Below, piece by piece: positions 44,308 to 60,131 of a DNA stretch of 64,000 nt (positions are counted from its first letter, which is position 1; every line of letters starts with the position of its first letter). The notes beneath the pieces were generated by a model, which saw only the letters and a program-made list of their open reading frames with translations, was not told where the DNA came from and searched no databases. This DNA is from the human T2T-CHM13v2.0 reference genome, Homo sapiens. The DNA lies in assembly GCF_009914755.1 (NCBI RefSeq), contig NC_060926.1; one strand, written 5' to 3'. The position numbers and the translations under genes are program-made.

Positions 44308-46583
44308 ACAAGGCTTCTTAAAGACCTGTAGCAGGTGAAAATCCTACCCAGTGTACTGGCTCATCCACTTATTCAGGAACTTTCCATTAAGCTCCGTTCT
44401 ACACTAGGCACTGGGGGTTAAGCAGCAAAATGCAGCAGAGGCATGAGGCCTGCATTCCTAAGCGAGAGAGAAACCAGCAAGCAGAGGCAGAATGAGGTAA
44501 CAAATCTTTCCTTACAACCCCAAATTAGTCCTTTACTAATCATTAATATTTTATGCCATTCCAGATTAAACTTACTGTTTAGCCAGTAAGCAGTATTCTT
44601 ACTTAGAATTTAAATTATCATTTGCCATCTATTCAAAGAACATTTAAAGATACAGAGTTAAAATTAAACAAATGGCATATAATCAAAGTATTAAGCAATG
44701 GGAGTGTGGTAAAAGAGAAAAAGCCCACATACAATCCATTTACTCAGGATTCTAGAATGACACTGTCTTCTTTCTTTCCCTGTACAAATATAACCTGTAA
44801 CTTCCAAAAATATCTTTAGTTCTTGGGGGCCACTTTGCTCAAAGTGACAAGCACGTCAAGTAAACCTATTTCCAGTTACATTCTTATCTTGTCAGTGTCA
44901 AGATGGTTGTTTGATCATCTTTATCACACACTGAGTCAGGAAAAGTAAGCTAGACGGAGTTCCATCAATTTCCACCGTCACGCTTTTTTAGCCAGGCCTA
45001 CGCTTGACCTTCTGACACAGTAATGCAGGCACGCGGATCACCTGACTTGCTGACCAACCTGAAGGACGGAACCATTCCAGAATGAGTCACCTGCAAGCAG
45101 CCCGAGAGGCAAATGTTTGCCCTCTGCCACTATTTTCAAGGCGGTTTCACAGGTTGACAAGAATAAATTATTAGTAAATTCTTAGGATTGAATTCTTATT
45201 TGTGCTTCTCCATCCAGTTTAAAAGCACACACTCAAAGATATCACAAAAGTATCAAAGAGATTGCATAATTCTCACATGTTGAGAGCTCTTGTTTGTAAG
45301 CTATTGCCTTAGGGAAGTTATCGAATTGAGACATTTTTCTTTTCATAAATAAATTCTATTGTCTAAAGAAAATAATCACTGGTGGACAAGTTTTTAGACC
45401 AATATAGAAAATGTGTGGTGGGTTATTTCTTATTGTTCCAATTTTTCTAAAAAGAAAAAAAAAGCTTCAATTAAGATCTCTCAATTCTGCTGTCTTATCA
45501 AAGGCAGATTTTCTGGCTCCCATCCAAGGAAATATTACAAGCTGCATAACTAAAGCACAGAATCATGGCAAAAAAAATTTAAAGCACAAGTAACAACCTT
45601 ATATTACTAAGGAATCTGTTAAAAATTACTGACAACTTTTGTTCTGATAAGTGCTGAAATTAACAGTTTGCTTGACTGCTCAGTTGAGGATAAGAATCAA
45701 GTGAATGACACATTTTGTTTAATGACTCTTCTCCAGTCGTATTTCCCTTCGATCATTTAATGAAAATCAAAGGAAAACTGCTCTTCATTTTTTCATTTTT
45801 GTTCTGGACTTGATAAAAGGCTCATTCAATGCTGACACACATCGTCCAAACTCATCCCAATAAGGGGAAAAAATCACATCAACTTTAATAAATGCTGTCA
45901 TTTTTCTTTCTAAAATTTCTGAAGATTCAACTGCTACTCTAGATAGTTTTCCACATACAGTACGTGCAAGAGGAAAGTCCTGGAGGCTGAGGCTCAGCGG
46001 CCTCGGGAGTGCCTGAGAGAGAACCTGAGGGCAATAGTGTCCCAAAGGGTGAGGAGGGGTTCTCTCCGAAATCTGACTCAAATAAACATTTCTATCATAT
46101 TACATAATTCTTCTGCCCTCTCACTTCACCTGGACTAAATTCTGGAAACCTCCTCATGAACTCTGGTGACAAAAGCAGCTAAATGACTACACATGACACA
46201 CCATAGGCTCCACATCCTTATTTTGTGGTGTTTGCATATGGTACTACATTTCAGGCCCACTGGATTGTCCTCCTATTTTGGAATTCTATCCCACTGATCA
46301 ATATATGCAGAAGTTCAAGGAAAATGTGAGGCCTGGCCTCAACTTCTATGTAATAAATTTGCAGAAATTCAGACGTTCAGAGTTTGAAGAAGGAAGATCT
46401 TAACACATCTAGATTGATTCTTCTCCCCATGTTCTATCTGGGTATTACACTCAAAGTGGGGGAAATGCGTATATAGACATTTATTTAGGTTGGCAGAGTT
46501 TGGAGCAAACAAACTGAGAATTAATTACTCAATTGAGACAAACTTATTTTAACTATTGACTTTAAGACAAAAAGTACACATAC

Positions 46584-46627
46584 CTTTTTTCTAAATCTCT
46601 GATTTTCTCTCTTAGTGGTTCAACCAT
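46584..46627 (-). CDS. UXS1: UXS1 coding exon 4 (44 nt; MVEPLREKIRDLEK-S)
   Basis: ttattgttctag|ATGGTTGAA...GAAAAAAG|gtatgt; phases fit neighbouring exons. Confidence 0.93.
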
Positions 46628-47671
46628 CTAGAACAATAATAACAAAAATCAGTTTTAAAGCAAAAACACAGTTCTCAACCCCTTTCACCCCATTCTGATG
46701 TTTCAGATAAGGCAAAACAGGTTTTAATTTCTTCTACAAATTAACTTCCAGTTTGAAATTAAGATACACCACTTGCATCACAATGCTAGAATTGAACAGA
46801 TAAACTGTCCATTTGAACTCTTACTCCATAAATGCCTCGGTTTCTGAGACAATTAATGTTTTTGCTCACCCATCCTACTAGGAAGAATGTAAAAGGTGTT
46901 TCAGGCTCATAAAAACAGATCAACACTATCCATCTCTTTTTAGGAACAATCCCCTAAGCATGGCCCACAAAAGCTTAACATCTTGTTTCTGCAATTACTG
47001 TGTATACTCATGTTATCAGCTGCAGCACATAAATTGCAGGCTGTGAGTCAACCTACATCCACGTCTGTAGACACTGTGGACTCAGGCAGAAAGACAGCAA
47101 CTCAAGGGCTTCCCAGGACTCCCTAAGTTGGCTTCAAATCCAAAGTAAGTAACCTCCCATCCCCTCCCCCACAGCCCATGTTACAATGGTCTGGCTGTAT
47201 CTACATGTATTTAAATAGGAGGTGCATAACTGAGCATAGGTGCTAGCCTTCAGCTGGGTGGGTGTGCAACGTCTCCATCTGTGCACGTGGATGCTCTTTA
47301 CATTTGTGGCCTAGCATCCGATTGGTGGCCATTGTTCTTTTCAGCACCTGTGCCAGTGAGAGGATGTTTGTACTCATCTCTATCTCCCAAAGGCAATCAC
47401 TTCCCTTTCTCTAAAAAACGCTTACCTGAAAAGTCATGTAAAAGTCTAAATCCATTTTGCCTTTGAGGTAGAATTTGTTTTAATACATCAAAAATGGACC
47501 AACAGTAACAGACTGCATGTCCTCTTAAATAAGGGAGTAATTTTTTGAGACACGGTTGCAAAATCACAGAACAGCATCAAGCTGCCACAATAAGAATGAC
47601 AGCACGAGCAAAGGAAGTAAAATTGACAAGTATACAGATGAAATAGATACAAAAATAGAAAAAAGACTAAC

Positions 47672-47735
47672 CTCTTCAATCTTGCTTTCAATTTTTAGTT
47701 CACCATTTTCCTGGATAGACCTGTTGAGTAGAAAG
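47672..47735 (-). CDS. UXS1: UXS1 coding exon 3 (64 nt long form SFLLNRSIQENGELKIESKIEE; 49 nt short form ends at 47720)
   Basis: Two AG acceptors 15 nt apart (tttatag|CTTTCTACTCAACAG|GTCTATC), donor GAG|gttagt; both keep frame with exon 2. Confidence 0.93.
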
Positions 47736-48992
47736 CTATAAAACTGAGATCAACTGAAAGGCTTTGTGACTTTAAGACTGTTTCTGAATAAATTACCCTA
47801 ACATAACCCAACGGATGCAGACCACCTCTGTCTCCTGCTCAAGTATCAGTCATGTGTACAATTCCCTCCAGAAGGGATGCACCAGAGGAAAAGAAGACAA
47901 CCAAAGGGAAGGACTCCCCTTAAATCCATCTGTGAACATGCTCAGTATTACCTAATGGATTATTTCCACTAAACTAAAATAATCTCACTGCTATGCTACA
48001 TCCAACACAGGATTTTAAATTTGAAGCAGGAAGTGCGTCTGTAGGAGTATGTGTTTGTGCCTGCTGGGCTTTCCTGGGGATTTAATGTAAAAATGGAGTC
48101 TTTTAAGTAAAACCACAGAGCTCCTTTAAAAGGGATCTGAGCACCCCACCTAGTCATACACAGCAGCCTTTGTCAGGAGACACACACATGCCCTGGTGGT
48201 AGGAATCAAATCGACACCATCCCACCCACCTTGCAAAACCCAACTCCACATGAAAAGCCTCCTGAGGGCATAGTAACCTTTTACCCTGGTAGACATGTGC
48301 AGCCGCATTACATTACAATACCAACCTAATCATCACAATAGTGATTCTCACAACATTACCAAGTGGAGCAAATTTTCCTTTACATGGAAAACTATTAACA
48401 GTACCAAATGGTTTTTACAATAAGTGCTTATTTCTTTTTGCTGATTTTTTTAAAGGCTATTTTTTTTTATTTGGTAAAGAGATAACACGAGTTTTATTTT
48501 TACAAGAGTGCCTCCTGCCCTATGAAGAAGCACACACGATGCATACAGGCCTAACGCTGGACTAAATAGGTGGTCTCTGCATCGATACCCACTAGCTGGC
48601 CCCCTGAGGTCATGGGCCTGCCATGGCTTCCCGAAGACAGCTCCCTTCTCAGAAGGCTTTGCAAAAGCCCCTCAGTGTTCTTGCTCAATCCACCCAGAAA
48701 TACAATTTACATAAGCTAGGGTCAACCCTTTATTATCTACACAAGGAGGGAAGGGGGGGGTGGCCGACCATTGTTTTACTTGTGGGCCTTACTTGGTAAT
48801 TGTTAAAATCAGCTGCATTCCTTGAGAATACCCATAGGAGAAAAGAAACAGCTCAGATATGTGAATAGCAAGAACCCAGTTTTGTTTTAAAAATATTTTT
48901 CAATTAACCCATGACATCCATGGTATATATGTACCAACTGAAATGTGTCTATAAAATCCAACCACAGTACCCAAGTAATTAAAAACAATTAC

Positions 48993-49020
48993 CTCATATT
49001 AACGAAGTTGCCCCAAACAG
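48993..49020 (-). CDS. UXS1: UXS1 coding exon 2 (28 nt; SVWGNFVNM-R/S)
   Basis: Minus strand ...ctttctcttacag|CTGTTTGGGGCAACTTCGTTAATATGAG|gtaatt; translation matches the recalled UXS1 post-TM stem. Confidence 0.93.
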
Positions 49021-50671
49021 CTGTAAGAGAAAGAAAAAAGGAAGTCAATGTTTAAGTCCACAACTTTCAGGGATTCCAATGGATGGAATCTTAAATTTTA
49101 ACCAATATTTTAAATTTTACAAAGAAAATTAACTTACGAAGACAACAAAATGCATACTTTGTTTTCAAAACAATTAAATCTTACTACAAAATAAGTAAAC
49201 ACAGGATCGTAGAGTTTATTCAGGCCAAGTTTGAGAACTGCAACCCAGGAACATCAATTCAAGTTGCCCTGAATATATGCTCCCATCAGCAGCAGTGACA
49301 AGTGGGCTTTTAAAGGAAAAGGCAGTTTCTAAGTTATCAAGAATTTACATTAAAATAACATAAGCTACTGATTGGCCATATATTGTTTTTTGTATCAAAA
49401 ATCCCAGGAAAAAGATAATTGGTTGAGGCAGCTGGGCAGAAACAAAATACCTTTAAAGAACCGGCCCTGGGCATGGCAGGGCATGACTTTAGTTCCGTGC
49501 TCATGACTCTCCAGCCTGATAAATTTTGCAAACCTCACATGGCTCACACTGCTCTGAGCTGTTTTTCTTTTCTATCTATCCCTGCAGTTTTGGAATACCT
49601 CTTTTGGGGTCTAGAGTTGGACAGTGCAGGTGAAGCTTTTTTTTTTTTTTTTTTTTCCAAGTGACAGATCTCCCTTTATTACCCAGTCTGGTCTCTAGTG
49701 ATCCTCTCGCCTCCGCCTCCTGAGTAAGTGGGACTGCAGGCGTACGCCATCACACCTAGCTAAGGATGCATGTGTTTTGATAAACAGTATGTTCTCAACC
49801 TTTGTTTGAGGAAGAGCTAGTCACAAAAATCAAATAATCACATGTCTGAAAGAAGTCCTAAGGTTCAGTCTAACCTCTCCCTTGTAATGATGATGAAAGC
49901 AAACCCAGAGAGGTTAAACAGTGGCCTGCAGTGCGGCTTAACTCCAACGGGAGTGCCATCCTTTCTCAGCACTTACCACATCTCCCTTCTATACTCTAGG
50001 CACCTGGTGGGCAGGCTCTCCTTTGCCTGTATACAGCTGGCCTTCAGTAAATGTGTATAAGTCAGCCCTGAATCAACAGCAGATGACTTTAAAATGTAAT
50101 ACTGGACCATGAGCACTCACTTTAAGTTACTGAGCAGGATTCTTTCTACGGAAGCCTTTCCTGAGCATAGGCGGTCCTAATATTTTGTACACACTCCTAT
50201 TTGGCCCTCATGTGGCCACTCAGCAGATACTGAAGGCCTTCTAAGTGCCAGGTGCATTTAGGTGCTTCCACGTGCCGAGGAAGAACAGAGAGATTAAACA
50301 CAAACGTCCTCCCTGTCCCGGGCTGTTAAATTTGTGAGCTTGGGAAGGCCCTGAGGTTAGGATCTCATAACCCCAGGCATCTTCCCATTGCCATCCTCTT
50401 GTGTGTAGTAGGAGTTTAATAGCTACTCATCAAATAGGATTCAGTATCCAAACTACACCCCCACATGAAATTCCCACTCTCAAGAAGGGGAATGTTGCTA
50501 ATTCCATAGAAGCACATCTCTCTTCAAACAGAGGAGGAAACTTGGTTTAAAAAAAAGACAGCAATATATGACCAAATAAATAAAAGTGGCAAGAAAGCAG
50601 GGAAATGGGAGAAATTAAAATAAAGCTATTAACTAGATTCATTATTCATTAAAAAAAATAAAAACTGCTTA

Positions 50672-51526
<855 letters not shown>

Positions 51527-51908
51527 CTTATACCTTTGAACCATGTGATTTTGCTTTTATCTTACTCTCAGGAAATCAGTAAACATACAGGAAAAGTGCC
51601 CTCACCAATGTCATGGCCTTATTTATAATCACACACACAAAAAAGGAATAAGCCAAAATATCCCATAATTAGAGAATTGCTGTATAAATTGTCATACAGC
51701 CATTTGATGAAATCAGAAAGCCATTAAATATGACCACGGAACTACACTGTAACATGATGCAGTTATGACAGTACCAGACGAAAAAGTATATATACAGTGT
51801 GACTCTCACTTCTGTAAAATGCATTGGGAAAAAAAGACTGTGAAATTTCCAAAATACTGAGTTTAAATGGTGACATGAGTAACTGTTTAATTTTCCTTGT
51901 GGTTAAGT

Positions 51909-51949
51909 GTTTACTTACTTTTAAAAAAGTTTACTTACTTTTAAAAAAG
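51909..51949 (+). repeat. Perfect 20-bp tandem duplication
   Basis: gtttacttacttttaaaaaa twice. Confidence 0.92.
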
Positions 51950-52354
51950 GAGGGAAGAGATTTTAACCCTTACTAAACTCTATGTCCTTGTTGTCCTGTT
52001 CTTGCCTTTTTCTAGACACCTGATGAACACCTGGGTCAGTCCTCAGCTCGGACACCACGCACTGCTGCCACCAGAGTCCACAAAGATCACCTGTGAGCCA
52101 CCAGTTGCCCAACCCATGTGCGCTTTTCTTTACTGTGCTATATATCTCAAATAAGTATACTGTCTCATTTTGGCTACAGGATTAAGCTGCTTTACTGAGA
52201 ATAAGTATTCCATGCTATGGAAGCATCCATTCTCTTATTGCCTTCTGGGTGGGTAGCACCTTTTGGCAGACTTTTCAAATCATTCCATCGTTATTTGCTT
52301 TTTCAGTTTTTTCTTTCAAACCTTTTTTCAACTCACTTTAAAATGTTGATTTCA

Positions 52355-52643
52355 GGCTGGTGCGGTGGCTTGTGCCTGTAATCCTAATACTTTGGGAGGC
52401 CAAGGTAGGCAAATCACTTGAGCTCTGGAGTTTGAGGCCGGCCTGCGCAAACTGGTGAAAACCCCATCTCAAAAAATTAGCCAGGGGTGGTGGCCTGTGC
52501 CTTCAGTCCCAGCTACATGGCGGGGGCAGAAGCAGAAAGATCGCTTGAGCCCAGGAGGTTGAGGCTGCAGTGAGCTGAGAAAGCGCCACTACTCCAGCCT
52601 GGGTGACAAAAGTGAGACCCTGTCTCAGAAAAAAGAAAAAAAG
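52355..52643 (+). mobile_element. Alu (AluJ-type)
   Basis: Diverged dimer; TSD gttgatttca. Confidence 0.88.
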
Positions 52644-55600
52644 TTGATTTCACAAAAATCTCTCAATCCTTCTATCCTCAGTCCATTTCACAGCAGTGAA
52701 GGCTGCCACCCATCCCAGACACCTTCTGTTTCCTTGACCATGATGTCCTGAGCCCTTTCCCCTTGCCCACTGCTTCTCCTTAATCATCTCTTCCTGGGGA
52801 AGCAGGTGACGCCCATGCTTCCCAGGATCAGCCCTGGGGAATGATGTCCAAGCCACAGCCAAAGCTTTACCACCCTTCATAAATGGATAAGAATGGATGT
52901 AAGCAGATATGGACCAGATCCACTTCTGTGTCTCAGACCTCTTCCACTGCCCCTGGAGGCTGGAGATGCACCTGGAGACGTGCCCTCTCCTCCCCAGCTG
53001 CACCTCCTGATTCATGCTGCAAAGGAGGCTTCATGAATCCCTTCCTTCCCCACTCAGACCTCCACGCTTCGCCACTCAGACCTCCAGAGCAGGCCCCTGC
53101 AAGCAGCCCCCTGCATGTGACTCTCCACCTTCCCTAAACCACTTGCTGTCCCCAACCCTTCAGCTCGTCTACAGGTAGTGTCCTGGGCACCTGCACCTCC
53201 AAGACTCATCTGAGCATCTGATTCTCCAGAAAGCATCTTCAACCTTCCCTCCTGCTCCAGGAGACACTGGTGGCCCTCCTGTGTGGCCAAGGTCTGCTGC
53301 ATGTTTTGTTCTAATTGGTACCTTACAGGTGGGTCTCACTGCAAGATGAGGCGTTTTCATATTTACATTTGTTACACCAGGCATACATGGTCCAAGCACT
53401 AAAATTCGTTGAATGCATGCCAAGTAATTTTTCCCTTTTCTTACATTTATCTCTTGCTTATTACTTTTTATCTTCAGACGCGCTATAACCAATTAATCTT
53501 TACAATGTTTTCATGTCAAGTGTTGTGGCCTCCTTTCAAATTATCAAAAGCTCTACCTGCTTTGCTTGAGAGATAATTCAATACCCAGCCCAGACCAAAG
53601 AACAGACACACACACACAGCAAAGCAGGACAAACCCCCACGTTGCTGCACAGATTCCAAAGGGAAAGACACAAGCAATTTCCAACAATTATGAAGCTTTA
53701 GTTTTGTGTAGAGTAGCCTGGAAGGTTGCAGGGCATAGACCTTAAAAGTTAAACATTACTTTAAATTAATATTGCTTTTAAGTTTTTGCAACCTGCTTGA
53801 GTTATTTTGACCCACCTTACGGTGCTTCAAACAGATAGCTGGGCATTACTAACAGATGCACTCTACAAATATTTGAACTGAATTAAACCCATTTATATAG
53901 TACCAGGAATCAATATTAAGTAAAGTAAGTATTTTAAGAAAGATAATTATTCAGTTATTGACAAAGGGCTTATAACTGAATGCTCTTACACAGCTTTCAA
54001 GATATTTTAATTTTTAATATAAATTTAAAAAATACTTTGTATGTAAACTGAGGCATATCAGCTTCATAGTTCTCATTATGTTGGTATCCAGACTTCAAGC
54101 TATGCAGGGAACCCAGTTCAAGAAAATCTAACTCATAAAAATTTTCATTTAGAGTGAAAAATTGAGTTTTTTAAAGGATATGATTAAAATGAGTGTCCTT
54201 TTCCAACAAAGAAAAAATTCAAATGCTAACCCAACACTTTCATAATCTCTCTGAGTCTAACTTGATTTCTTAAATAGTCATCAGCTATCATGAGATCAAT
54301 CCTTTTAGAATACAGTCTTCCAATCTGAAGTCTGTGGATCTCCATGGATCCCTGAATGGGTTTCAGGGAGACTAGAGGGGAGTCTCATGTGAAAGCACAT
54401 GTGAAATTGTGTGTTCACAGGTCTCAAGGTCCTCCAATGAATTCAAGACCCCGAACAAATGAAAAACCATCAATTCAGAATCCATAAAAGCCCGGGATTT
54501 TAAGAGGCACATTTGTTTTAGAATAGGGATATAGCCTGAGTCCCTGAATGCCAGGCCACACAGAAAGTACAGATTCTTCACCAGGAATCCAGATCTGGGT
54601 AGCAATTTCAATGGCCCTATTTCAAGTAATGTTACAAGGCTGGATCAGGCAAAATCACCATTTCCGTTTTATACCTGTCCATTTTAAATGGCTACAGTAT
54701 GCTTTAGCATGTTTTTCTCAGTCATTCCAATCACTATTTCAAACTGGAAAGCATATGTACTTTTACACTAAGTCACAGGAAGAAAGTGTGATTTAGGGAG
54801 ACTGCTCTCCTACCCTACGTTATCTATGTAACACTGTATGTAAGGCACGCCCTTCTTTATAGTATGACATCCTATAAAGCAGCCTGCTGGATGCTCAGTG
54901 AAATCAGGCAGCCCCTGGCTGCGGGGTCCTCATGCAGGCTTTGCCTTCTTTCCAATGTTTCCTAAAATCCTTCCTTGCTCCTCCATCCCCCATTCATTCA
55001 ACAAACTCAGCGCTTGCGGATGCACAAGTTAAGACCCTGCACACATTGCTTTACTGTCCAGAGGCGACATGGGGTCTGTGATGGAAATGCAGCATGTATG
55101 GGGAGGACCCCCTGAGAGGGCGTGGAGAACCCTTCCCAAAGGCCTGGCTGGGTGACAAGCAGTGGGGGGCGGGGTGGATCCACCTCAGACTACGGGAAAC
55201 AGTGTGCCCCCATTCCTGCAATAAAAGGTGGAGCAGCCACCACTGGCTAGATGCTGGAGGACTTACCCCTTTATTGAGACCTAGGCCTCTAGACGGAACC
55301 ATGCACAGAGAAAGAAAAGGCATGCCCCAAAATAACAGTAACAGAGGCCATCAGTCACAGGGCAAATGCAGGTCTCTTTTTAAAAATTATTTAAACATTT
55401 ATTTGAGTATCTTCTAGGAGCCAAGCAATGTGTGAGGTCCGGTAGCCAAGGTTCCTAATCCACACTGCCTTTTAGCATTGCAAGGGCTCTGCAGGCCCCA
55501 ACACTGACAGAGATGGGGCTGGGGGTGGAGCAGTGTGGATCTGATTCTCCCATCTCAACCGATAAAATCTAGGACCTTCCAGGCCACAGGTCTGTACTTC

Positions 55601-55779
55601 AGACCTGCTGAATCAGAATCTCTACAGAGGCCTCCCAGCAGCTGTATTTTTTAAGTACCCCAGGTGACTGTGACCCCTGGCGAGGGAGGAGGACCTCTAC
55701 CCTAAGGGATCTGGGGACCTGCTGCCACCACCTATTGCCCATCTCTCTGAATGTTCAGAGTCCAGGCTCAGGCCATCTG

Positions 55780-56152
55780 CCTCGTCATTCCTCAGACTTG
55801 CCACACCTGCCTGCCTCAGGGCCTTTGCACTTACACTTCTCCCAACTGCCTCTTCACCTTTCCCCCTCCCTCAGTTCATCCAAGGTCTCAGCTCAAAAGT
55901 TACCTTATAAAAGAGGTCTTCTGACCAATCTATCTGTGAGAGCACCCACCCCCCAACAGCCCACTTAGCCTTTCTTTTTCTTCACAGCACTTATCACCAG
56001 CTAATATACCTATTTATATCTGTTTATTGCCTGTTTGTGCCCAATAAAAAAATGTAAGCTCCACAGCAGCAACAATTTTGTTTTGTTCAGTGCTGTTATC
56101 TAGGGTACTGAGACAGACGAACATAGTATGTGCTCCCTAAATATTTGCTGAA
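55780..56152 (+). mobile_element. L2 3' fragment
   Basis: cctgcctcagggcctttgcactt, aatgtaagctcca and taaatatttgctgaa L2a motifs. Confidence 0.75.
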
Positions 56153-56197
56153 AGCCTGACTAAAAAGCTCCCCCAAATGACTGGGAATTGCTACTCT

Positions 56198-56830
<633 letters not shown>

Positions 56831-58329
56831 TCTAAGGGATACCAGAATGACTAAGGTGATTCCAGTCCAAGGAGTTCTTGTCCTTGAAGGAAAATGGTCA
56901 GCAGCCACCTATATATAATGCACCCTGGAGAAGTAAAGGCTGCAGTCACCTGAGTCCTGGGGAGTAGTGTGAAGATGCCTGTGGGATGACTTACGGACGG
57001 AGAAGGAGATTCTGGTGGAGGAAGAGGATTGGGGGGGGCGGGGGCGGGATGGCAATGCCAGCAGAGGCCCCTGGGGAGGGGAAGATGCAGCAGCAAGGTC
57101 AAGATGGGCAGGATGGTTGTTTTCATAACAAGCCCCAGGAGATTCTGTTCATGAACCAAATATGGGCACCACTGTGTTCCCTTTTATATTATTCCAAGAA
57201 AGCTGGGCTCCGGACAGCAGGCAATGAACAGCTGTTCAGAGCATGAAGAGACAGTGAGGTGCTGTAGTCTGAGCAAATCTGGAAGCAGCGGTGTGAGAGA
57301 CAAATGGACGAGGGAGGAGGTGAACAGAGAGTAAATAATGCAGAGGGCAGAGCCCACCGGTCCTAAGGGTGAGGACAGTAATGTCACAAGATAAGAGCAC
57401 CAGAGGCAGATAGTTGGGGCAGAGGAGGATGGTCTGAGATAAGTACATGCTTAGCTCAGGGCATCCTGTAGCAACCCACATGAAGATGTCTCACAGGCAA
57501 ATAGAACCTGAGGGCTGGGGCTTGAAGGCCCGCACCAGCCAGAGGTGCAACCCAGGGCCTGTGTGGGGCGCACGTAGTGAGAGGCCACAGCCCTGGGGAG
57601 GGCCTAGTAACAGAACCAAGGCACGTGCCCAGTAAGAGTGGCAATGCCAGCATCACTGCTGCTTACTGAGCACCTACTCCACGTGGGCCTTTTATGTTGG
57701 TTCTAATCACAGCGTCATGGTATCACCACCATCCCACAGCGGAAGAGCGGAAGACAGGCCCCAAGAGGTAGCCGGTGACTTGCTTGAGGACACACAGCTA
57801 GCGCCCACCCATCCCTGGGCCACCCTTCCAAAAGTTAGGCCTCAGTCCAAGGCCTGCATGACCTGTCAAGGGCTCCAGATTCCTTCCCATCTGCATGGAA
57901 GAAACGCATCTTGTTCATTTCCAAACACATCCTCTAAGCTAATCCCCCATCCTCAATGCCACGTGGCACATGCTCAAACAAAAACTGAGTGACATCAACC
58001 TCCATGAAATCCTCAGTGGGGCAGCGAAGCCTCCTGGAATGTGAAAGATGCCCCCCATTTCAGGAGAATGAATAGCGATTTCCAACCTTCCAGTGCTCAG
58101 AGCAGGAACACTTTAATTTAGAGAGACATTCAAAATGGAAATCTTGTACAAACAGAGGGCACCTTGAGCACACTGAAAGTATTATTGGCAGAGAAAGTTC
58201 CAGAATGCTGCTGCTGCATGCATTCCAATGCTGGACTGTTTGCTGTTCCTCTCAAGCTTTTCTGAACATGTGAGCTGTATCGAAAAGCTTCATCTAAGTT
58301 GAAAAACAGTTTCTCTGCCAAGTGCTTGC

Positions 58330-58862
58330 AGCAAAGCTACATGGAGCCTTTATACCCAAAGGGATACTCCAAAGTGACACTTTTAAAACCTATCCAAAAA
58401 TTATCTGGCACACCTTGCATGGGGGGACAGAAGTGTCTCTGTGTCCTTCTTTTAAGTCTGGGGGTCTTGAGCTGCTTGGACCACAGGGAAGAGCAAAAGA
58501 TACACTATATGATGCCTTTAGATGGTCACAGATGGCCGCCAGTGCTTCTGCCACATTTGCTGAGACACTTGGTCTCAGAGCCCTGAACCACCATGCGTGA
58601 AGTCTGACCACGTGAGGCCAGACAGGTTGCCTGTGGGCACTCTAACAGCCAAGCCTGAGTCTGTCCTCAAGGTCCAGACCTGCCAGTGAAGAAGCCCCCT
58701 GCAAGTGGATGCTCTAACCTGGGTGTGGTCCCAGGCATCACGAAACAAAGAAGAGCCATCCCCGTCTCAAATTCCTGATCCACCAAGCCCATGGGTATAA
58801 ATACAACGGTAACTGTTTTCTGCCACTATGTTTTAAAGTGGTTGGTTAAGCAGTGAAACATA
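58330..58862 (+). mobile_element. Old MLT1-family LTR
   Basis: agccctgaaccaccatg...aattcctgatccac...gccactatgttttaaagtggttggttaagcag. Confidence 0.6.
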
Positions 58863-60131
58863 ACCACAACCAAAACAGTGCCAGACCTGTCACCACCTTT
58901 AATCTATTGATGCTCATACGCCCAGGTCACAGCCCTCAAATCAAGCCAAATATAGGGCTAAATCCCTCCTCACCCACAGCTTGCCCTACCAAGTGTATCT
59001 GTGCCCTCCTCCAGTCAAAGGCACTGCTTTGCATAGAGACTGGCCCGCCTGGGTAGAAGGCAAGGGCCAAGTCTGAAGTCCTCAGAAAATTCTGATCCCT
59101 ATCCCCCCACCCCTGGCTGCTCCCCACCTGGCTGCAGTCCTCCCACCTCCCATCTGAAGAAAACAAGTGTACATAGGAAAGATGCATCCTTACTCACCTC
59201 TGAAGAACCCCAATCATCCTAGCACTCTGGAAAAGGGCAAATCTTCGACTTTCCTTGGATAAACCCTGAGGTGGCACAACTGAAATGTTTGCTTAAAGCA
59301 GATAAGAATATGCATCATTCTTCTAAGAAGAAAAGCATTCAAAGTTTTGCTTAAGCTGACCAGAAGGTTCGAATTAGAAGATACTGCTCTGTGTTTAATT
59401 CTCCAAATAAGAAAGGGGGATGTGTCCCTGCGGTGAGGGGGCTTCGCAGTTGCTAGTTCCCACCAAAAGAATGAGGTGCTCAAAGGTCAGGCATCATGAT
59501 AGACCAAAGAGTGGCAGCTGCTGAACGGGAAGCCGTGCCTACTCCTGAACCTGAAGGAGCCTTAGCCCTAAACCTTGGAGCATGCCCAGACTAGAGAAGC
59601 ACTCTGCAGCCGCCCTCAGCCTTCCAGGCCTGTGCTCATTCTAAGCGGTTACACAGGATGAAAAGTGGCCCAAATAAAAAGTCAATCTGGGGTGCCTGAG
59701 CAGGCTCTAGCAACCGGCATGCTCCAAGCCTAAAGCAAAGGGCGCTTGCTTATCAGACCTCCCTGTGGTCCTCGCCCTGCTCTGAGCCCTCCAGGAAGCC
59801 AGAACTCCAATTTGTTGTCTCCAGAAGCAGGCAAAAGAGCAGCTCTCTGCAACCCCAGCTGGCAGGCTCTGAAATGCGGCTATAAAACCCTTGTGATGCA
59901 CACCTTCCCATAGGCTTACCCAATAAAATCCTACCAATATGCCCAGGGGAAAAAATTTTGCCCCAAGATGTCACTTTTTTTAAAGGGTGGTTAAAAGTAT
60001 GGGTTTTGTAGATGGTATCTGCACCTTTTACAACTTTTTGCACATAAAATGCCAGCGTTAAGTAAAAAGGACAACTTAGAGGATAATACATACAGCAGGG
60101 TCAATGTTTTTGCTTTTTAAAGCTACATGCA

